Below are positions 1 to 10,101 of a stretch of DNA of 64,000 nucleotides, piece after piece. A model generated the notes under the pieces. It worked only from the letters and a program-made list of their open reading frames with translations, searched no databases and had not been told where the DNA came from. Both the position numbers and the translations under genes were made by a program. Position 1 is the first letter of the stretch, and the number at the start of each line of letters is the position of its first letter. The DNA lies in assembly GCA_016722705.1 (NCBI GenBank), contig JADKGN010000001.1, positions 512,744 to 576,743 of the forward strand. The letters are read 5' to 3'. The stretch is from Candidatus Dechloromonas phosphoritropha (GTDB lineage Bacteria; Pseudomonadota; Gammaproteobacteria; Burkholderiales; Rhodocyclaceae).

Positions 1-968
1 GGGTTCAGATCACGCGCTGAGGTATAGACGGCATGTCGGGCCGCGAGAATGGCGAGATCCTCGCCGGCATGGCGCTGGGCTGGGCTGACATAACGAATGC
101 CACTGTGCCGATGCTCGACGTTGTACCAGTGCACGAAGCTGACTGCCCAGGTCCTGGCGTCGTTGAGCTCGGCAAAGCCGTTAGCAGGAAACTCAGGGCG
201 GTATTTGGCCGTCCGAAACAGCGATTCCGCGTAAGCATTGTCATCACTGACTCGGGGTCGAGAATACGAGGGCCTGACTCCCAGCCAGTTGAGCATCGCC
301 AGCACCGTCGTGGCCTTGAGCGTCGAGCCGTTGTCGCCGTGCAGAACAGGCTTGGTCGCGAGTGCGGCAATCCCCTCGGCGAGCGCCGTACGGCGCACCA
401 GATGCGCGGCATGGTCGGCGTGATCGCTGCCGTGCACCTCCCAGCCGACAATCTTGCGGCTATACAGGTCGAGGATGAGATAAAGGTGAAACCAGTGCCC
501 CTTAACCTTGCCTGGCAGATAAGTCATGTCCCAGCACCACACCTGGCGCGGCGTGGTGGCAATGTGCGCGGTCGGTACTCGCTGTTGCCTGGGCGCCTTG
601 GCCCGTCCTCGGAGGGTGGTTTGACCGTGCTCACGCAGCACTCGGCTGAAGGTGGATTCGCTGGCCAGGTAAATCCCTTCATCAGCCAGCATCGGCACCA
701 TGCGCGCTGGCGGCACGGCCGCAAAGCGTGGCTCGTTGGCCACGGCAAGCACCTGCGTGCGTTCGGCCTCACTGAGCGCGTGCCTGGGCGTCGGGCGCAT
801 GGACAAGGGCCGGCGATCTGCGCAGATGCCGCCCTCAATGGCTTTCCAGCGTTGCAAGGTGCGTAACTCGATGCCGGCTACCTCGCAGGCAAGCCTGAGC
901 CGAGCACCGGCGACATGGGCGGCATGGATGTCTTGGGCCAAGGCTTGGCGATCTTCAAGGCCGATCAT
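1..968 (-). CDS. IS3-family transposase OrfB (rve/DDE integrase), partial
   Basis: Collinear with OrfB of copy 2 (43682-44773). Start at 968 is inferred from the offset to OrfA. The frame runs off the window, so it is absent from the ORF track. Confidence 0.85.
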   Translation of the reverse strand, partial: MIGLEDRQALAQDIHAAHVAGARLRLACEVAGIELRTLQRWKAIEGGICADRRPLSMRPTPRHALSEAERTQVLAVANEPRFAAVPPARMVPMLADEGIYLASESTFSRVLREHGQTTLRGRAKAPRQQRVPTAHIATTPRQVWCWDMTYLPGKVKGHWFHLYLILDLYSRKIVGWEVHGSDHADHAAHLVRRTALAEGIAALATKPVLHGDNGSTLKATTVLAMLNWLGVRPSYSRPRVSDDNAYAESLFRTAKYRPEFPANGFAELNDARTWAVSFVHWYNVEHRHSGIRYVSPAQRHAGEDLAILAARHAVYTSARDLN

Positions 969-1443
969 TCGGCCTCGCCTTTGTTGAAGATCGCCGCGAC
1001 TTTTTTGAGAGAACCAGCAGGGCAGCGGTTTCAGCGAGTGCCCGGTCCTTGCGTAGCAATTCGCGTTCGAGTTCCTTGATGCGTTTGCGGTCTTGTCGGG
1101 TTGCTTGCGGGCTGGCTCTGACTTCTTCCGGTTCGGCCAACGCTGTCGTGGCGCTGGCCCACCATTTGATCAGCTCGTCCGGATAAACGCCGTGCTCTCG
1201 ACACCACGCGCTTTTGCTGGTTTCGTCCAGCGCCGCAGTGACGATCACCGCCTCCAGGCGCGCCGCCACAGTCCATGCCCGCCCTCGGGCGGGCATGGAC
1301 TGCGCGTCATCTCGCCAACGCTCAAGGGTTCCCGAACCAATGCCTACTTCACGGGCCACCACATCTATTGCTGCATTTTCCGGCGCCAACAATCGTGCTA
1401 CCGCTCTACCTTTGAACTTCTCTGAATACCTTGCCATTTCCAT
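955..1443 (-). CDS. IS3-family transposase OrfA (HTH)
   Basis: 162 aa, one residue different from 43207-43695. HTH N-terminus and leucine-zipper-like KELERELLRKDRALAE. Confidence 0.9.
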   Translation of the reverse strand: MEMARYSEKFKGRAVARLLAPENAAIDVVAREVGIGSGTLERWRDDAQSMPARGRAWTVAARLEAVIVTAALDETSKSAWCREHGVYPDELIKWWASATTALAEPEEVRASPQATRQDRKRIKELERELLRKDRALAETAALLVLSKKSRRSSTKARPNDRP

Positions 1444-1503
1444 CCTTTGTCGCCGCCCCAGGGGGAGATTCTATCGAGGCGACAACTATTCTGGCGTAGG
1501 GGG

Positions 1504-1956
1504 GTTGGCAGAACCGTCCAACAAGCCAGCGCCTTCCGAAACCGCCACGATGCCATCCGCTTTGGGGAAAAAGCGACGCATCGAAGAACGTATCTGCCAC
1601 TCCACGGTAGGTCGCTTAAGCAATTTGGACCTTGACCATGTGGTGTGTTCGGCGACAACTGCGCGCATGGGTACTCGTGCAAGGAAACGCGCCCACATGA
1701 CAGCCACGGTCAACGGCCACATACAGGCCAAAACCACGATTGGCCGAGCACTGCGCAGGTAGCGCACAAGCGGAAATATCGCCCAACGTATGCGTCTGAC
1801 TTTCAGATCAACGACGCGCACTTCCGGCAGTAATTCAGACAGAAACTCGTCTGTTGCCGGAAGCAAGACCATATCGACTGCATAACCGCGCTGGACAAAC
1901 GTATTGGCGAGGTTCACCGCGACACGCTCGGCACCACCGCCGCGAAGGTCGGGCAA
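1504..1956 (-). pseudogene. GT4 glycosyltransferase, N-terminal fragment cut by IS3 copy 1
   Basis: LPDLRGGGAERVAVNLANTFVQRGY... is a typical GT4 N-domain start. The frame ends exactly at the IS end. Confidence 0.75.
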
Positions 1957-2947
1957 TACTATGGAAACAGACAGATGGTAGTCATTGCATAGGACGGGTG
2001 AGCCAGTCCAATCCTCTCAACTTAGTCCATAGTCATACGGCGGGTTTGTAAGCAAAGGACAGGTGAGGCTTTCGCTGGTTTGGCCGAGGTCGAGCACGAT
2101 CAGGGATAAATTTCTGAAGGTTTTTGACGATTTCCGAGAAGATTTCCTTGGTAACTCGGGTGGTGATTTGCTGCACACCCGCCAAGACTCGGGGCAAGAT
2201 ACGACGTACGGTATTGAAGGCCATCGTCCGATTCACTCCCCATGGCGAATCGCTGGGCAGCCGCTCTTCCGCAGCCAGGTAGGTGGCCAGGGCATTGAGA
2301 TTGTCACACACCATCTTGGCCCCAACATCCTGGCAGGCGGCCAGCCAAGTCAGGCCGGACGTGTGCTCCAGATTGAGCCGGTGTTTGATGCGCTTGAACG
2401 CCTCCTCGATACGCCAACGGCTGTGATAAAGGGCTGAGAAGCTTGTGGCCGGATACCGCGCGGTATCAAGCAAGGAGGTCATCAAGACCCGTACCTTGCC
2501 AGTCGGCGTCACCTGACGAATCAGGCGAACCATAGAAGGCAGACGCGGACACTCGTAATCAATGGCATCCTGACGATGCGGTGGCGGCAATGTCACCTGC
2601 GCCTCATCTTCTCCGGATCGCATGAACTGGGTGATGGCAGAAAAGGAAGCGGACGAATCACAGCGTATGCAAAAGGGGATACCTCGATGCAACAGCGCCG
2701 CGACCAACCAGGCACCCGGATACCCGCGATCAAGCACCAGCATGTCCTGAGCACCGAGTCGGTCAAGCCGCTCAAACAACATCTGACGTTCGCCGACCAG
2801 CGAACTGTGCAAAATCAGCGAGTCGAACAATTCGATCCCTGGCCGAAACAAACCGAAGATGGCCGCTTCTCGAATATGGCGGCGCCCTTCCAGGTCAAGC
2901 AAGGTCAGACGTACCTTCGATGCATCCGCCGCCAAGACCCGCAAGCC

Positions 2948-4396
2948 CATTCCATTACACACAAATTATTCAAAATTACACTTTGAAGTTGAACTCGCGT
3001 CATAACGCATGAGCCTCTCTCGCGAATCTGATCCCGGCGGCGAAATCGACGACGCGTTGAAGGCCAAGCCAAAGGGTCTTCACCCCTGGCTCGCCATCGC
3101 CCTTGCGGGCCAGAAATCCGCCAAGCATCGCCACCAAGCGCACCACTTCATTGAGCCTGGGCGGCGTCTTGGGCACCTTCTTCCGATTCAGGATGTAAGC
3201 CGCTTGCCATTCGTCCTGCTCGAACAGCAAGGCCGCATCCAGGTCTGGGCAGGTACGGCCCAGGCGCATGAGTCGGGCAATCCGCCAAGCCACCACCATG
3301 AACAGCGCCAGCGCCCGTTCCAGCCGCGCCACGGTGCTCAACTGCAACGCCTCTACGCGGCAGCCGTTCTTGAGGACATGGAAGAACAGTTCGATCTCCC
3401 AGCGCGCCCGGTACCAGTCGATCAGTTCGGTCGCCGCTTCGAAAGAGTTAATCGGCCGATTGGTCAGCAGCCGCCATTCCACCGGCTTCACGCCCTCGGG
3501 GGCACTTTCTTCTCGCGCCACCAGACAACTCACCTCGATCCGGCTCCCCTTGCCGTCGGAGACCGTCACCCGCTTTGCCCAGACTCGTTGCCGAACGTCC
3601 CGCGCCTTCTGTCCTTGCCGCGAAGGCATCGTGAAGCGGATGCCGCCGAGCGCTTCGCTGGCCAGGACCTCAGTCCACAGCTTGCCGCCCTCGGGAAGCG
3701 CCCGATTGTGCTGGGAACGAATCAGCCAGTCGGCGGGATGCCCCAGCTCGCGGGCTTGCACCATCAGGGCCACGATGTCCGCCTCCCGATCCGCCACATA
3801 CACCAGCCGGGTGTCCGGCAGCCTGCTCGCCAACTCCGCGATGCGGGTGTAGCCCTCCGTCCAGCGGGTGCTTTCCAGCAGGCCACCTCGTTGGCCGCTC
3901 GCGTCCTTGGGTTCGCGTGCCCACATCCAGGCGTCCAGAACACCCAAGGGTTCACGCTGCGGACTGACCGCGTAGGTGGGATGCACGTACATCCCGCGTT
4001 GGGCTTCATACGAGAGCGGCCCCAGACCGGCAATGCGCTGACCATTGAAGTCGAGTTCCGTGGTGTCTTGGATGCACAGCACCACCGGATGCGCCTGCAT
4101 GCGCGTTTCGGCGCTTCGCCAGTGCGAGGCGAGGATGGCTTCCCATTCGATGTCGTCCTGCGCAAAAAAGCGATATGCCGCCTGGGTTTCCGCCCAGCCG
4201 CCGCAGGCTTGCGGGATGCTGGCCAGCGGGTTGGCGGCCATGCGCTCCGCCAGCAGCACCGTGCGCTTGTCCAGACGCCGGTCGCCCAGGTCGATCGCCT
4301 TGAATTCTTCCGCTGCCCAACCCATCACATCCACCCAGCATTTCTTGTAAAGTCAGCATGTTACGCAGAGGTGTTGAAGTTGTGTGTAATGGGATG
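2948..4396 (-). mobile_element. Nested IS4-family (IS50/Tn5-like) element
   Basis: IRs CATTCCATTACACACAA and TTGTGTGTAATGGGATG. 9-bp duplication CCGCAAGCC at 2939-2947 and 4397-4405. Confidence 0.85.
3000..4334 (-). CDS. IS4-family transposase (Tn5-like)
   Basis: 444 aa. N-terminus MDVMGWAAEEFKAIDLGDRRLDKR and ...YRARWEIELFFHVLK motif. Confidence 0.85.
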   Translation of the reverse strand: MDVMGWAAEEFKAIDLGDRRLDKRTVLLAERMAANPLASIPQACGGWAETQAAYRFFAQDDIEWEAILASHWRSAETRMQAHPVVLCIQDTTELDFNGQRIAGLGPLSYEAQRGMYVHPTYAVSPQREPLGVLDAWMWAREPKDASGQRGGLLESTRWTEGYTRIAELASRLPDTRLVYVADREADIVALMVQARELGHPADWLIRSQHNRALPEGGKLWTEVLASEALGGIRFTMPSRQGQKARDVRQRVWAKRVTVSDGKGSRIEVSCLVAREESAPEGVKPVEWRLLTNRPINSFEAATELIDWYRARWEIELFFHVLKNGCRVEALQLSTVARLERALALFMVVAWRIARLMRLGRTCPDLDAALLFEQDEWQAAYILNRKKVPKTPPRLNEVVRLVAMLGGFLARKGDGEPGVKTLWLGLQRVVDFAAGIRFAREAHAL

Positions 4397-4865
4397 CCGC
4401 AAGCCTTGCCAGTCCGGCTGCTGCGGAACGACCTCATCGACCAGGCGCAGCAATTCTGTATTGAGCGGCTCAAAGAGATTGGCGACCAGATGGCTGCGCG
4501 CCTTTGAGAAGGCACTGGCCGTGATCGCCCGACAAAGGCGGGTTCTTCCGGCAAGCAGGGCAAAGCAGGAATCAAGCTCCGCCTGAACTGCGCCGCGAAT
4601 GCCGGTGAGCAGGAAAGCGATCAGATTCGTGAATGGCAATTCACGGTTTCGGGTGAAAAACCGAGGCTCGCGGCGGGCGGCGGCAAGGAAATTGGCGCCA
4701 TGAATGTAGTCCGTTAGCCGTGAAACGATATTGGCATATTTAGGCCGTCATATAAAGCCTATTTATATCAATTGGTTACATGCTCGATTATATCTTGGCG
4801 CGGCCAGATGGCAAAGTTGCCAAAATTAGATGACAGACCGCTAAGTCAAGAGGATTGTGAGCCAG

Positions 4866-6125
4866 TCATGCTGAACGCGCCCTTTTGGATAGATGGCTCC
4901 GAATGGCTTTAACGGCATAACTTTCAGTAGCCAAACAATAAAGTTCACCAACCAGACGCTTTACTAACCTAGTCGGTGAAGCGCGCGTATTAACAGCCAT
5001 CTTTATTAGCGCCTCGGCGAATACTGGAATGCCATACCTTTCTGCAGCAGCATGACACTGTTGCGAAAAATCAGACCGCCGCCCTTGCGCAGATTCAGAA
5101 TATTCCTGAATCAAATCTGCCAACTCCAAGGTAGGTGGATACTCCTGCAATTCGCCGACATTGCCGTGAGGTAACTCGTGAAGATAACCATAGCAGCGCG
5201 TAGCCTCGTCTATTGTCACGCAAATTGTAGGAACGCCGAGCATCGCGGCCTCCAACGCAGCGGTGCCCATCCCAACAAATAAGTCATAGTTCACGACTAT
5301 TTCTGGAAAACTGCTGTATTCAAGAACCCCCATGAGCCGAACATTACCGGCGACACCCAAAGTTTCAATTTCGGCTTCAATCAAACTGCGTAATGGCCCG
5401 TCTCCATAAATATCCCAGGTAACCTGAACACCGCGATTCAAGCAATCACTGACAATCCTTGCCGCACCCAAGTTGTAGGATTTGAAATCGACCAGTCGCC
5501 CTACCGAGACAACTCGTACATTCGCCTTGTTGGATGATTGCCAAGTTGATTCAAGAATATTGATAGGTAATGCCAATACCGGGCTAGTTGAAAAATCGGC
5601 ATTCCATCTCTTTGAGTGCGACTCTCTGCATTCCAAATTCATGAAATAAAGCTGTTCTCTACCAACTGCGTTTGCGACCAGATGGTTCAAAAACACTCGA
5701 TCCGTACGCTCAGATGTCATGAAATATGCTCTTGGGTGGAAGACACCAGAAAGATGAATCACCTGCAGGTTCTTGGGGAATACCGTTTCGACCATCAAAC
5801 CACGGGCCGCAGAAATCGCATCGAAGCTCATGATTAAAACATGAGATCCAATGCGTATATCACCCAAGTGCGCACTTATGGACCTTATCAAATCGCTAGT
5901 TTCACTGTAGTAGATGACATTCACTTGATCTTCAAGCATGGAGTCAAGTTCTCCAACTGAGCCGCAACAGACTGAAACACGTGCACCAGACGAGACAAAA
6001 AAATTGGCAACTCGAACAATCAGAGTTTCAATGCCACCAGTCCGCAGACTGCCGTAAACCATAAATACTTCTGTTAGCAATTGCGGCGCTGAATGTTGCG
6101 CGTGCCTGATATCAGTCACCGGCAA
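4866..6125 (-). CDS. Glycosyltransferase family 4
   Basis: GSLRTGGIETL N-domain and ...LFVGMGTAALEAAMLGVPTI C-domain. Lower GC than neighbours. The true start may be near 6062. Confidence 0.75.
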   Translation of the reverse strand: MPVTDIRHAQHSAPQLLTEVFMVYGSLRTGGIETLIVRVANFFVSSGARVSVCCGSVGELDSMLEDQVNVIYYSETSDLIRSISAHLGDIRIGSHVLIMSFDAISAARGLMVETVFPKNLQVIHLSGVFHPRAYFMTSERTDRVFLNHLVANAVGREQLYFMNLECRESHSKRWNADFSTSPVLALPINILESTWQSSNKANVRVVSVGRLVDFKSYNLGAARIVSDCLNRGVQVTWDIYGDGPLRSLIEAEIETLGVAGNVRLMGVLEYSSFPEIVVNYDLFVGMGTAALEAAMLGVPTICVTIDEATRCYGYLHELPHGNVGELQEYPPTLELADLIQEYSESAQGRRSDFSQQCHAAAERYGIPVFAEALIKMAVNTRASPTRLVKRLVGELYCLATESYAVKAIRSHLSKRARSA

Positions 6126-7572
6126 CTCTCCGTCTTAACCACCCACGCAAATCCACCAACCCGTCCAGCCTGCGCAGGCTATACAAACTAGCCGCCAGCA
6201 TCACCACCAGCCCAACTGTATAACCCGCACCTGTCGATTGTCCTGCAACAAACATGATCCCCCCCCCCGCAAGCAAGAGAAGTAGCGTAACCATCGCATT
6301 GCGGCGTGCCAGCTTGTAACCAATCAGCCTCGATGCCACCAGCGCCACCAGCCCGTAATAGATCAGGTAGGCGATCCAGAAACCGACACCAGCCATGGCC
6401 AGCCCCCATTCCTGAATTCCCACGGCGATCACACCCAGGTAGGCAACATTCCAGGTAACGTCCGTGGCAATGAAAATGCCACCACGCCCCTGCGCGAGCA
6501 GAATAAACCCCATCGGCCAACTGGCCACCTTAAAAATATCCCCCAGCACTTGCCAGCGCAGCACATCAGCCGCCGGCGCAAAGCTGGCGGCATAGAGCAG
6601 GTGAATGACCCAGGGGGCAAGCGTGATCATGCCGAGTAAAACGGGACCGGCCAGCAGCAAGGCCATTTCGGCCTGCTCATCGACCAGCTTTCGTGCCTGC
6701 GGGTGGTCGTTGATGGTGGCCGTCAGGCGCGGGAAATAGTCGGCGCCCATCGCGCCAAGCACAAAACCGATGTAGGTCATCGAGACAGCCCAGGCCGCCT
6801 GGAAGTAACCGGCCGCATCCAGTCCGAGTTCGCGCAGGATGATCGAGCGCGCGGCAAGCTGGGTCGCCAAAGTGAGCAGGCCAGCCACCATCAGGGGAAT
6901 GCCAAATTTGAGCATCGCTTGCCATTGCTGGCTGATCGCCTGCCAGTCGCAGTGCATCTGCGGCCGTGTCAGGCGGGCAGCGTACCAGGCGGCAACCGGA
7001 ATGGTGACGGCCGGGGCCGCCAGCACAAACCAGAGCACGCCGGCCTCGCCGAGCCAATACACCAGCAGTATGCCGACGACGGCGCCAATCAAGGCGCTGA
7101 TGATGTTGATGCGCGCCAGCTCGCCGATGCGGCGCAATCCTTGCAGCAGCGCGGTTTGTGAACCGGCGATCAGGGTCAGCAGCACCCCCAGCCCGAGCCA
7201 GCCGACATCGCCGACATGGGTTGCATCGCCGAACACCCATTGTGCAACCGGTTCGCGCAGTAGCCACAGGAGCGCCATGCCGGCAAGGCCAAGGACCAGA
7301 TTGGCCAGCCAGAGCGCGCGGCGCACGATGGCGAGGGTGGCTTCTTCGCCTGCCGATGCAGCCAACTGTCTCACGCCGCTATTGCCCAGCCCGCACCCGG
7401 CCAGCGTCGAGGCCAGCCCGACGATGTTCTGGTACAAGCCCATCAGGCCAACGCCGGCCGGCCCGAGCAGCACCGCCAGCACTTTCACTTTGACGATGCC
7501 GATGACGATATTGATCACCGTGGCACCACCTATGATGGCGCTCGAACGGAAGATCTCGCGGTGGGATGTCAC
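6112..7572 (-). CDS. wzx: Wzx-type polysaccharide/O-antigen flippase (MOP superfamily)
   Basis: Multi-TM protein ...[39 protein letters not shown] start at 7572 overlaps the upstream stop (GTGA). The longer track ORF to 7926 overlaps the transaminase gene. Confidence 0.8.
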   Translation of the reverse strand: MTSHREIFRSSAIIGGATVINIVIGIVKVKVLAVLLGPAGVGLMGLYQNIVGLASTLAGCGLGNSGVRQLAASAGEEATLAIVRRALWLANLVLGLAGMALLWLLREPVAQWVFGDATHVGDVGWLGLGVLLTLIAGSQTALLQGLRRIGELARINIISALIGAVVGILLVYWLGEAGVLWFVLAAPAVTIPVAAWYAARLTRPQMHCDWQAISQQWQAMLKFGIPLMVAGLLTLATQLAARSIILRELGLDAAGYFQAAWAVSMTYIGFVLGAMGADYFPRLTATINDHPQARKLVDEQAEMALLLAGPVLLGMITLAPWVIHLLYAASFAPAADVLRWQVLGDIFKVASWPMGFILLAQGRGGIFIATDVTWNVAYLGVIAVGIQEWGLAMAGVGFWIAYLIYYGLVALVASRLIGYKLARRNAMVTLLLLLAGGGIMFVAGQSTGAGYTVGLVVMLAASLYSLRRLDGLVDLRGWLRRRVAGD

Positions 7573-8669
7573 GGTTTGAAGGCGGTCAGCGCGGCGATGA
7601 CCTGATCCTGATCCTCGAAACCGAGATGCGGCCCCATCGGCAGACTCAGCACTTCGTTTGCCATTCTGGAGGCAATCGGAAAGGCGTCTCCGGCGAACCC
7701 GTTGGCGGCGTAGGCCTGCTGCTGGTGTGGCGGAATCGGGTAATGAATCAACGTGCCCACACCGGAAACAGCCAGCGCTTTTTGCAGTGCATCGCGCTGC
7801 GGATGCTGGACCACATACAGGTGCCATACCGGCTCGGCCCAGCCGGGCACATAAGGCAGCGTCAGGCCGCAACCAGCCAGGTTCTGCCGATAGCACTCGG
7901 CGACGGCGCTGCGCCGCGCATTCCATTCATCGAGATGCGCCAGCTTGACGCTCAAGATGGCAGCCTGCAGCGAGTCAAGACGGCTATTATAGCCCTGCAC
8001 TTCGTTCACGTACTTTTCGCGCGAGCCGTAGTTGCGCAGCACGCGGATGCGCTCGGCCAACTGCGCATCGTCGGTGGTCACCGCGCCACCGTCGCCCATG
8101 GCGCCGAGATTCTTGCCGGGGTAGAAGCTCCACGCCACGGCATCGCCGTGCGCACCCAGGCGCTCGCCCTTGTAGCGCGCTCCATGCGCCTGCGCCCCGT
8201 CTTCCAGCACGCGCAGGCCGTGCTTGCGCGCAATGGCGAGAATTTCGTCCATATTTGCCGGTTGACCGTAGAGATGTACGGGCAGGATGACTTTGGTGCG
8301 CGGGGTAATGGCGGCTTCGATCAGCGCCGGGTCGATGTTGTAAGTGCGCGCATCCGGCTCCACCGGCACCGGCGTCGCACCGCACTGGCTGACCGCCAGC
8401 CAGGTGGCGATATAGGTGTTGCTGGGCACGATCACTTCGTCGCCCGGCCCGACATCCATGGCGCGCAGCGCCAGGTGCAGCGCGTCCAGCCCATTGGCCG
8501 CGCCTACTGCGTGGGCGGCGCCGCAGTATTGAGCATATTTGGACTCGAACTGCTCCACTTCCGGACCAGCGATGTAGCAACCGGAAGCCAGTGATCGAGC
8601 CACGGCGGCATCGATCTCGGATTTCAGCTCAAGGTAAGCAGCACCAAGATCCAAGAATGGAATGTTCAT
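7569..8669 (-). CDS. DegT/DnrJ/EryC1 aminotransferase, FdtB/QdtB-like dTDP-3-amino-3,6-dideoxyhexose transaminase
   Basis: PLP sugar-aminotransferase motifs (...[15 protein letters not shown]...). Directly follows an FdtA-type isomerase gene. Confidence 0.8.
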   Translation of the reverse strand: MNIPFLDLGAAYLELKSEIDAAVARSLASGCYIAGPEVEQFESKYAQYCGAAHAVGAANGLDALHLALRAMDVGPGDEVIVPSNTYIATWLAVSQCGATPVPVEPDARTYNIDPALIEAAITPRTKVILPVHLYGQPANMDEILAIARKHGLRVLEDGAQAHGARYKGERLGAHGDAVAWSFYPGKNLGAMGDGGAVTTDDAQLAERIRVLRNYGSREKYVNEVQGYNSRLDSLQAAILSVKLAHLDEWNARRSAVAECYRQNLAGCGLTLPYVPGWAEPVWHLYVVQHPQRDALQKALAVSGVGTLIHYPIPPHQQQAYAANGFAGDAFPIASRMANEVLSLPMGPHLGFEDQDQVIAALTAFKP

Positions 8670-9076
8670 GCTTGCCAGCGCGCCCGCATGAATTCCGCAT
8701 AGTCCCGGAAATAATCGTCTTCGGCGTATTTATTGGAAGCCAGCACCATGCAGACCGAACCGGATGAAAAATTGTCGAGTTCCCGCCAGATCATGGGACA
8801 AACGTATAGCCCATTGTAGGAACGGTTGAGGTGAATGCGCTTCTTGTCATTTCCATCATCAAGAACCACGTCAAAACTACCTGACATGGCGATGATCAGT
8901 TGATGCAGCGCCTTGTGCGCGTGCCCTCCTCGTTCTGCGCCACCGGGCACGTCGTAAAGGTAATACACGCGCTGGATGTCGAACGGGATGTGACCGGAGC
9001 CTTCGATGAAGGTCAGGTTGCCGCGAGGATCATGGATTTTTGGAAGTTCGATGAGGCGACAATCAGCTAATGACAT
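8666..9076 (-). CDS. dTDP-4-dehydro-6-deoxyglucose 3,4-ketoisomerase (FdtA/QdtA, WxcM-like cupin)
   Basis: [16 protein letters not shown]...RGGHAHK...[18 protein letters not shown]. Start chosen at [11 protein letters not shown]. Confidence 0.8.
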   Translation of the reverse strand: MSLADCRLIELPKIHDPRGNLTFIEGSGHIPFDIQRVYYLYDVPGGAERGGHAHKALHQLIIAMSGSFDVVLDDGNDKKRIHLNRSYNGLYVCPMIWRELDNFSSGSVCMVLASNKYAEDDYFRDYAEFMRARWQA

Positions 9077-9083
9077 ATCAGCA

Positions 9084-9911
9084 TTACTCCACCATGTGTT
9101 TATAGAGAACAATATCAAAGTCGATTGTCGATATTTCAATCGATATTTTCGTCTCCTTCAATATTGAGCCTGGTTTTCTAATTGATCGATAACTTGTAAT
9201 TTCACATTTACGAATCTCTATATCATTAAAAATGGTAGTTTGATATTCTGGAAAGAAAAGCGCTCTTACTTGATTATTTATCTGCGCAGCAGTTGCCCAA
9301 ACATTAATTTTATTACTGATCTTTGAAAGACTATTTCTGGAGAAATAACTTGACCCAGTTGCAGGTTGGGAGGTTCGATTTAATTCGAATTTCATGGAGA
9401 GTTTATTGGCGTATTTTTTCAGTAAATCTCTTCCGGCATCTTGATACTTCTCGTATAGCTCGCGAGCATTCATGTCAGGTGTGATGTCAATTGCCGATTG
9501 ATCAATGATGTCGCCTGTATCAATACCATCATCGATGAAGTGAAATGTAACACCCGACTGTTTTTCATCAAAATAAAGTGGCCATATCGAAGTAAAGCAA
9601 CCTTTGTATGAGGGGAGGAGTGAAAAATGAATATTTAATAGCCGTGCATTCTTAAATTTTTTTGACTCTATAATTTTATCGAATTCAACTGAAAGAAAAA
9701 CAAGGCTATTCTCATCGTAGATATCTTCAATCTGAACAATTGGAATATTAAAATTGCAAGCGAAACTCTTCAGAGATGGCTGCCATGTATCAATTCCGCT
9801 ATCAGATTGCACAGGGCAAACAGAAAGTTCAAACAGGCCGGTTTTTCGCAGGATATCGAGTGTTTCGACTGCAATTCTATTTTTTCCGGCAAGGCAAAGT
9901 TTCTGGGGCAT
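9084..9911 (-). CDS. Sugar N-formyltransferase (formyl_trans_N fold)
   Basis: HFSLLPSYKG and ...DDGIDTGDII motifs. Visibly AT-rich gene. Start chosen at MPQKLCLAGKN. Confidence 0.75.
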   Translation of the reverse strand: MPQKLCLAGKNRIAVETLDILRKTGLFELSVCPVQSDSGIDTWQPSLKSFACNFNIPIVQIEDIYDENSLVFLSVEFDKIIESKKFKNARLLNIHFSLLPSYKGCFTSIWPLYFDEKQSGVTFHFIDDGIDTGDIIDQSAIDITPDMNARELYEKYQDAGRDLLKKYANKLSMKFELNRTSQPATGSSYFSRNSLSKISNKINVWATAAQINNQVRALFFPEYQTTIFNDIEIRKCEITSYRSIRKPGSILKETKISIEISTIDFDIVLYKHMVE

Positions 9912-10090
9912 TAGCATTACCCTCAACAATGCGCGCCGGTTTGCCGACCACCACTGCCCCATAGGGCACCGACTTCGTCACCACAGCACCCGCGAAGCAC
10001 GACCACAAACTGCCAAACCCGGGTGCCGGCGCCGATTGCCTTGGACTGGACATCGGCCAGCGGGTGAATGAACGGTTGGCTCACTTGCAT
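9877..10090 (-). pseudogene. Hexapeptide-repeat N-acetyltransferase (FdtC/WxcM-type) remnant
   Basis: N-terminus MQVSQPFIHPLADVQSKAIGAGTRVWQFVVVL, then a frame change. The C-terminus AVVTKSVPYGAVVVGKPARIVEG is in another frame. The beta-helix core is missing. Confidence 0.7.
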
Positions 10091-10101
10091 GCTCCCTCTA
10101 G

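Larger units (their letters stand above)
1..1503 (-). mobile_element. IS3-family insertion sequence, copy 1 (outer part beyond window edge)
   Basis: Same sequence as 43147-44802 on the opposite strand. Inner end ...CTGGCGTAGGGGG lies at about 1503. Confidence 0.9.
2033..4639 (-). pseudogene. IS4-family (DDE_Tnp_1) transposase split by the nested IS
   Basis: N-terminal piece 4397-4639+ (...DWQGLR) continues in 2033-2947 (GLRVLAADAS...YHSRWRIEEAFKRIK) once 2948-4396 plus one duplicated copy is removed. Confidence 0.8.
2009..4857 (-). mobile_element. IS4-family element carrying a nested IS
   Basis: 17-bp terminal IRs CAATCCTCTCAACTTAG and CTAAGTCAAGAGGATTG. 10-bp direct duplication TGAGCCAGTC at 1999-2008 and 4858-4867. 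Confidence 0.85.

Noticed and set aside
3009-4586. Very long ORFs antisense to recognised genes. Examples: 3009-4586, 12283-13614, 15516-17234, 18612-20273, 37338-38516, 46557-48296, 50929-51927, 58074-59033, 59075-60109.
   Set aside because: Their products are Arg/Ala/Gly/Pro-rich and low-complexity, with no recognisable motifs, and they lie opposite clearly homologous genes. These are the shadow ORFs expected in high-GC DNA.
7573-7926. The 118-residue N-terminal extension of the 604-aa ORF 6112-7926.
   Set aside because: It overlaps the 3' end of the aminotransferase gene in another frame and is Arg-rich nonsense. The flippase homology begins at the GTG at 7572, which overlaps the upstream stop.
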